Assembly: GCF_039654945.1 (NCBI RefSeq)
Contig: NW_027361891.1
Location: 6,324,001-6,388,000, forward strand
DNA length: 64,000 nt
DNA from: Dendrobates tinctorius
Lineage: Eukaryota
Direction of reading: 5' to 3'
Made by a program: the position numbers and the translations under genes. Each line of letters starts with the position of its first letter. The first letter of the stretch is position 1. This document shows, one piece after another, positions 59,659 to 64,000 of the stretch. The notes below the pieces were generated by a model. It was given only the letters and a program-made list of their open reading frames with translations. It ran no database searches and was not told where the DNA came from.

Positions 59659-61895
59659 CTGTGACATAGCGCTCAGATATTCAGTGGGCCTCACACAATC
59701 CATAAGTGTCCAGTGTCCACAAGTGCGTGCAGAAATTCAAAATCTCCCTTATCCTCTAGTCACTTTGGTCACAGCTCTGCCATCGAGCCTGTGACAGAGC
59801 GCTCAGATACTAGTCAGTGGGCCTCACACAATCCATAAGTGTCCACAAGTGTGTGCAGAAATTCAAAATCTCCCTTATCCTCTAGTCACTTTGGTCACAG
59901 CTCTGCCATCGAGCCTGTGACAGAGCGCTCAGATACTAGTCAGTGGGCCTCACACAATCCATAAGTGTCCACAAGTGTGTGCAGAAATTCAAAATCTCCC
60001 TTATCCTCTAGTCACTTTGGTCACAGCTCTGCCATCGAGCCTGTGACAGAGCGCTCCGATACTAGTCAGTGGGCCTCACACAATCCATAAGTGTCCACAA
60101 GTGTGTGCAGAAATTCAAAATCTCCCTTATCCTCTAGTCACTTTGGTCACAGCTCTGCCATCGAGCCTGTGACAGAGCGCTCAGATACTAGTCAGTGGGC
60201 CTCACACAATCCATAAGTGTCCACAAGTGTGTGCAGAAATTCAAAATCTCCCTTATCCTCTAGTCACTTTGGTCACAGCTCTGCCATCGAGCCTGTGACA
60301 GAGCGCTCAGATACTAGTCAGTGGGCCTCACACAATCCATAAGTGTCCACAAGTGTGTGCAGAAATTCAAAATCTCCCTTATCCTCTAGTCACTTTGGTC
60401 ACAGCTCTGCCATCGAGCCTGTGACAGAGCGCTCCGATACTAGTCAGTGGGCCTCACACAATCCATAAGTGTCCACAAGTGTGTGCAGAAATTCAAAATC
60501 TCCCTTATCCTCTAGTCACTTTGGTCACAGCTCTGCCATCGAGCCTGTGACAGAGCGCTCAGATACTAGTCAGTGGGCCTCACACAATCCATAAGTGTCC
60601 ACAAGTGTGTGCAGAAATTCAAAATCTCCCTTATCCTCTAGTCACTTTGGTCACAGCTCTGCCATCGAGCCTGTGACAGAGCGCTCAGATACTAGTCAGT
60701 GGGCCTCACACAATCCATAAGTGTCCACAAGTGTGTGCAGAAATTCAAAATCTCCCTTATCCTCTAGTCACTTTGGTCACAGCTCTGCCATCGAGCCTGT
60801 GACAGAGCGCTCAGATACTAGTCAGTGGGCCTCACACAATCCATAAGTGTCCACAAGTGTGTGCAGAAATTCAAAATCTCCCTTATCCTCTAGTCACTTT
60901 GGTCACAGCTCTGCCATCGAGCCTGTGACAGAGCGCTCAGATACTAGTCAGTGGGCCTCACACAATCCATAAGTGTCCACAAGTGTGTGCAGAAATTCAA
61001 AATCTCCCTTATCCTCTAGTCACTTTGGTCACAGCTCTGCCATCGAGCCTGTGACAGAGCGCTCAGATACTAGTCAGTGGGCCTCACACAATCCATAAGT
61101 GTCCACAAGTGTGTGCAGAAATTCAAAATCTCCCTTATCCTCTAGTCACTTTGGTCACAGCTCTGCCATCGAGCCTGTGACAGAGCGCTCAGATACTAGT
61201 CAGTGGGCCTCACACAATCCATAAGTGTCCACAAGTGTGTGCAGAAATTCAAAATCTCCCTTATCCTCTAGTCACTTTGGTCACAGCTCTGCCATCGAGC
61301 CTGTGACAGAGCGCTCAGATACTAGTCAGTGGGCCTCACACAATCCATAAGTGTCCACAAGTGTGTGCAGAAATTCAAAATCTCCCTTATCCTCTAGTCA
61401 CTTTGGTCACAGCTCTGCCATCGAGCCTGTGACAGAGCGCTCAGATACTAGTCAGTGGGCCTCACACAATCCATAAGTGTCCACAAGTGTGTGCAGAAAT
61501 TCAAAATCTCCCTTATCCTCTAGTCACTTTGGTCACAGCTCTGCCATCGAGCCTGTGACAGAGCGCTCAGATACTAGTCAGTGGGCCTCACACAATCCAT
61601 AAGTGTCCACAAGTGTGTGCAGAAATTCAAAATCTCCCTTATCCTCTAGTCACTTTGGTCACAGCTCTGCCATCGAGCCTGTGACGGAGCGCTCAGATAA
61701 TAGTCAGTGGGCCTCACACAATCCATAAGTGTCCACAATTGTGTGCAGAAATTCAAAATCTCCCTTATCCTCTAGTCACTTTGGTCACAGCTCTGCCATC
61801 GAGCCTGTGACAGAGCGCTCAGATACTCAGTGGGCCTCACACAGTCCAAAAGTGTCCAGTGTCCACAAGTGTCTGCAGAAATTCAAAATCTCCCC
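59659..61895. repeat. 126-bp tandem array, ~17.7 near-identical copies
   Basis: GCCTCACACAATCC occurs at 59821, 59947 ... 61081 (exactly 10 x 126). Confidence 0.97.
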
Positions 61896-61969
61896 TGTCC
61901 TATAGACACCTTGTACCTTGTTTTACATTACTATATAGTTTGTTGGATTTGTCTACATTTCTACCAAAA

Positions 61970-64000
61970 ATGAGGAAGGCTGGTGGAAGAGGCCGTGGAA
62001 TTGGGCGGGGGTTGGCAGCTGGTAATGATGGTGTTGGTGGTGGATCTGATGGTAGTGGCAAGAGCAAAATAGGACCGAATGCAGGAGGTGTTGAGCCTGC
62101 GTCATCGTCTGGCTACATAAGGCCTCGAACGCTTAGTTTTCTAGGAGTTGGCAAACCGCTTTTAAAGCCAGAGCATCAGGAAAAAGTTTTGTCTTACATT
62201 GCTGACTCAGCCTCCAGCTCTATCACCTCCTCTTCTTCAGTTGTAAAAAGTAAAAGCACTGAGTCGTCATTGGAGGCTCATGTTCATGAACCACACCTTT
62301 CCTTGTGTCCTTCACCCCAACCAAGATTGAAGGATGACGCAGGCCATACTACTGATTACTCCATGGAGCTGTTTTCACATACCATGCCTGGATTATCAAG
62401 TGAAATGGTGAATTACCGAGGCCAAGATGAATCTGACATGGAGTGCACTGATGCACAGCCGCTGATGGATGATTCTGCTGGTACATTCACTCAGAGCACT
62501 ACATTGTCCTCGCAGTGTACAGAGCCAGATTCTGACCCTGATGAGACTCAGGTGCCCCTTCCCGCACACTATACCACCATACACGGTGACACAGAGGAAG
62601 GTGCACATGACATAGAAGAGGAGGTGATGGATGACCCAGTTGTTGTCCCAGATTGGCATCCATTGGGGGATGAGGGTGCTGCTTCCAATAGCTCAGATGA
62701 GGAGCATCCACAGCAGACATCGACATCGCAACAGCTGTTATCTGGCAGGCCCGGAGCACTCCAAAGACAGGTTCCAAACATCAAAAGAGTTGCTGGACAG
62801 CTTGTCCAGAGGGTCAAAAGATCACAGCGTGCTAGGCCGCAAAATGTCTGCCAAAGTAGGAAGAGTGCAGTGTGGCACTTTTTTGAACAAAATCCTCATG
62901 ATCAGGCCAAGGTTATCTGTAAGAAGTGCGCAAAGACCTTTAGCCGAGGGAAAAATCTGAAAAATTTGAATACCAGTTGCATGCTTAGACATTTAACCAG
63001 CATGCACTTGCAAGCGTGGACACAACACCAAACCTCAAGTGCCACATGTGCAACTGATCACAACGAAGGTAGTCAGCAACGCTACATTGTTTCCCCCACT
63101 GTAAGCCCACCGGTTAGCACAGCAGCAAATGTTGAGGTGTCGGTGCAATGCCACAGCAGTCAGGGAATCCCACTGTTATATCAATGAAAGACTGATTCTA
63201 GGCCATCAGAAAGAACAACAACTCCATCACCATCATCAACCCTCTCTCAGTCCGCCCTGTCCACCGCTACTTCCACCATATGCAGCTCTCAAGTCCAGCT
63301 CACCCTCCCAGACACTATGAGTAGGTCAAGAAAGTACTCAGTCTCTCATCCGCGTACACTGGGTTTGAACGCCCACATTGCCAAACTAATCTCGTTTGAG
63401 ATGATGCCCTTTCGGTTGGTGGAAAGCGCAGCTTTCCGCGAACTCATGGCCTATGCAGTACCACGCTATGACCTACCCAGTCGCCACTTCTCTCGCAAAG
63501 CCATCCCAGCCCTCCACCATCATGTGAAAGACCGCATTGTCCATGCACTCAAGCAGTCAGTGAGCAGAAAGGTGCACCTCACAACTGATGCATGGTCCAG
63601 TCGGCATGGACAGGGCCGTTACGTGTCCATCACTGCGCACTGGGTTAATGTGGTGGATGCAGGGTCCACAGGGGACAGCGGTGGTGGGACAGTGCTGCAA
63701 AGCCCACGGTATAGGAAACAGTTGGCTGTAGGAGTTCGACACTCCTCCTCCTCCTCCAGAAGCGAAAGCTCGTCCACAGAGCGCAGTCGTACGAGCACTC
63801 CATCTGCAGCTGCCACTGTTGCACACGATGTGTCCCCCTATCGAGCAGCTAGTGGAAAGCGTCAGCAGGCTGTGTTGCAGATGATGTGTTTGGGCGACAG
63901 ACACACCGCCGAGGTACTGGCCGAGTACTTGAAGCGACAAACTGAGTCATGGCTGGGCAGTGTACATCTTGAGGCAGGCAAGGTAGTTAGTGATAACGGC
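61970..64000 (+). pseudogene. hAT transposase with BED zinc finger and a single in-frame TGA at 63185-63187
   Basis: SAVWHFF...CKKC...MLRHLTSMH BED finger. The same frame continues after the TGA through PFRLVES, LTTDAWSS, SITAHW and VVSDNG to the window end. Confidence 0.88.

Larger units (their letters stand above)
58623..64000 (+). mobile_element. hAT (ZBED-like) DNA transposon, right end outside the window
   Basis: TAGAGTTGAGCGAA terminus, subterminal CCGAC repeats, CCAAT/TATA promoter and BED-finger transposase. Confidence 0.85.

Noticed and set aside
59659-61895. CRISPR-like array
   Set aside because: The units are identical head-to-tail with no unique spacers, there are no cas genes, and the context is eukaryotic. 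No hammerhead or HDV core was seen in the unit either.

Overview
Vertebrate genomic DNA, almost certainly an anuran amphibian (inferred from the transposon complement). The only host gene is DYRK2 on the + strand: exon 2 at 2327-2451, terminal coding exon at 15062-16660, and a probable ~4.3-kb 3' UTR. The rest is mostly nested mobile DNA. It includes an intact-looking DIRS1 tyrosine-recombinase retrotransposon in DYRK2 intron 2 and a full-length chromodomain Gypsy element with a Tf1-type self-priming site. There is also a hAT transposon carrying a ~17.7-copy 126-bp array, a Helitron, a CR1 LINE, Tc1 relics, solo LTRs, many Harbinger and T2/Kolobok MITEs, minisatellites and Penelope-type fragments with decayed hammerhead ribozymes. 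The most notable finding is two diverged non-coding retroposed insertions (51918-53372 and 56533-57084). Both are built from ~413-415-nt monomers and flanked by target-site duplications. Each monomer carries an HDV-like double-pseudoknot fold whose stems co-vary between the two families. This looks like a retrozyme-type system that uses an atypical HDV-like ribozyme instead of a hammerhead; activity is untested.
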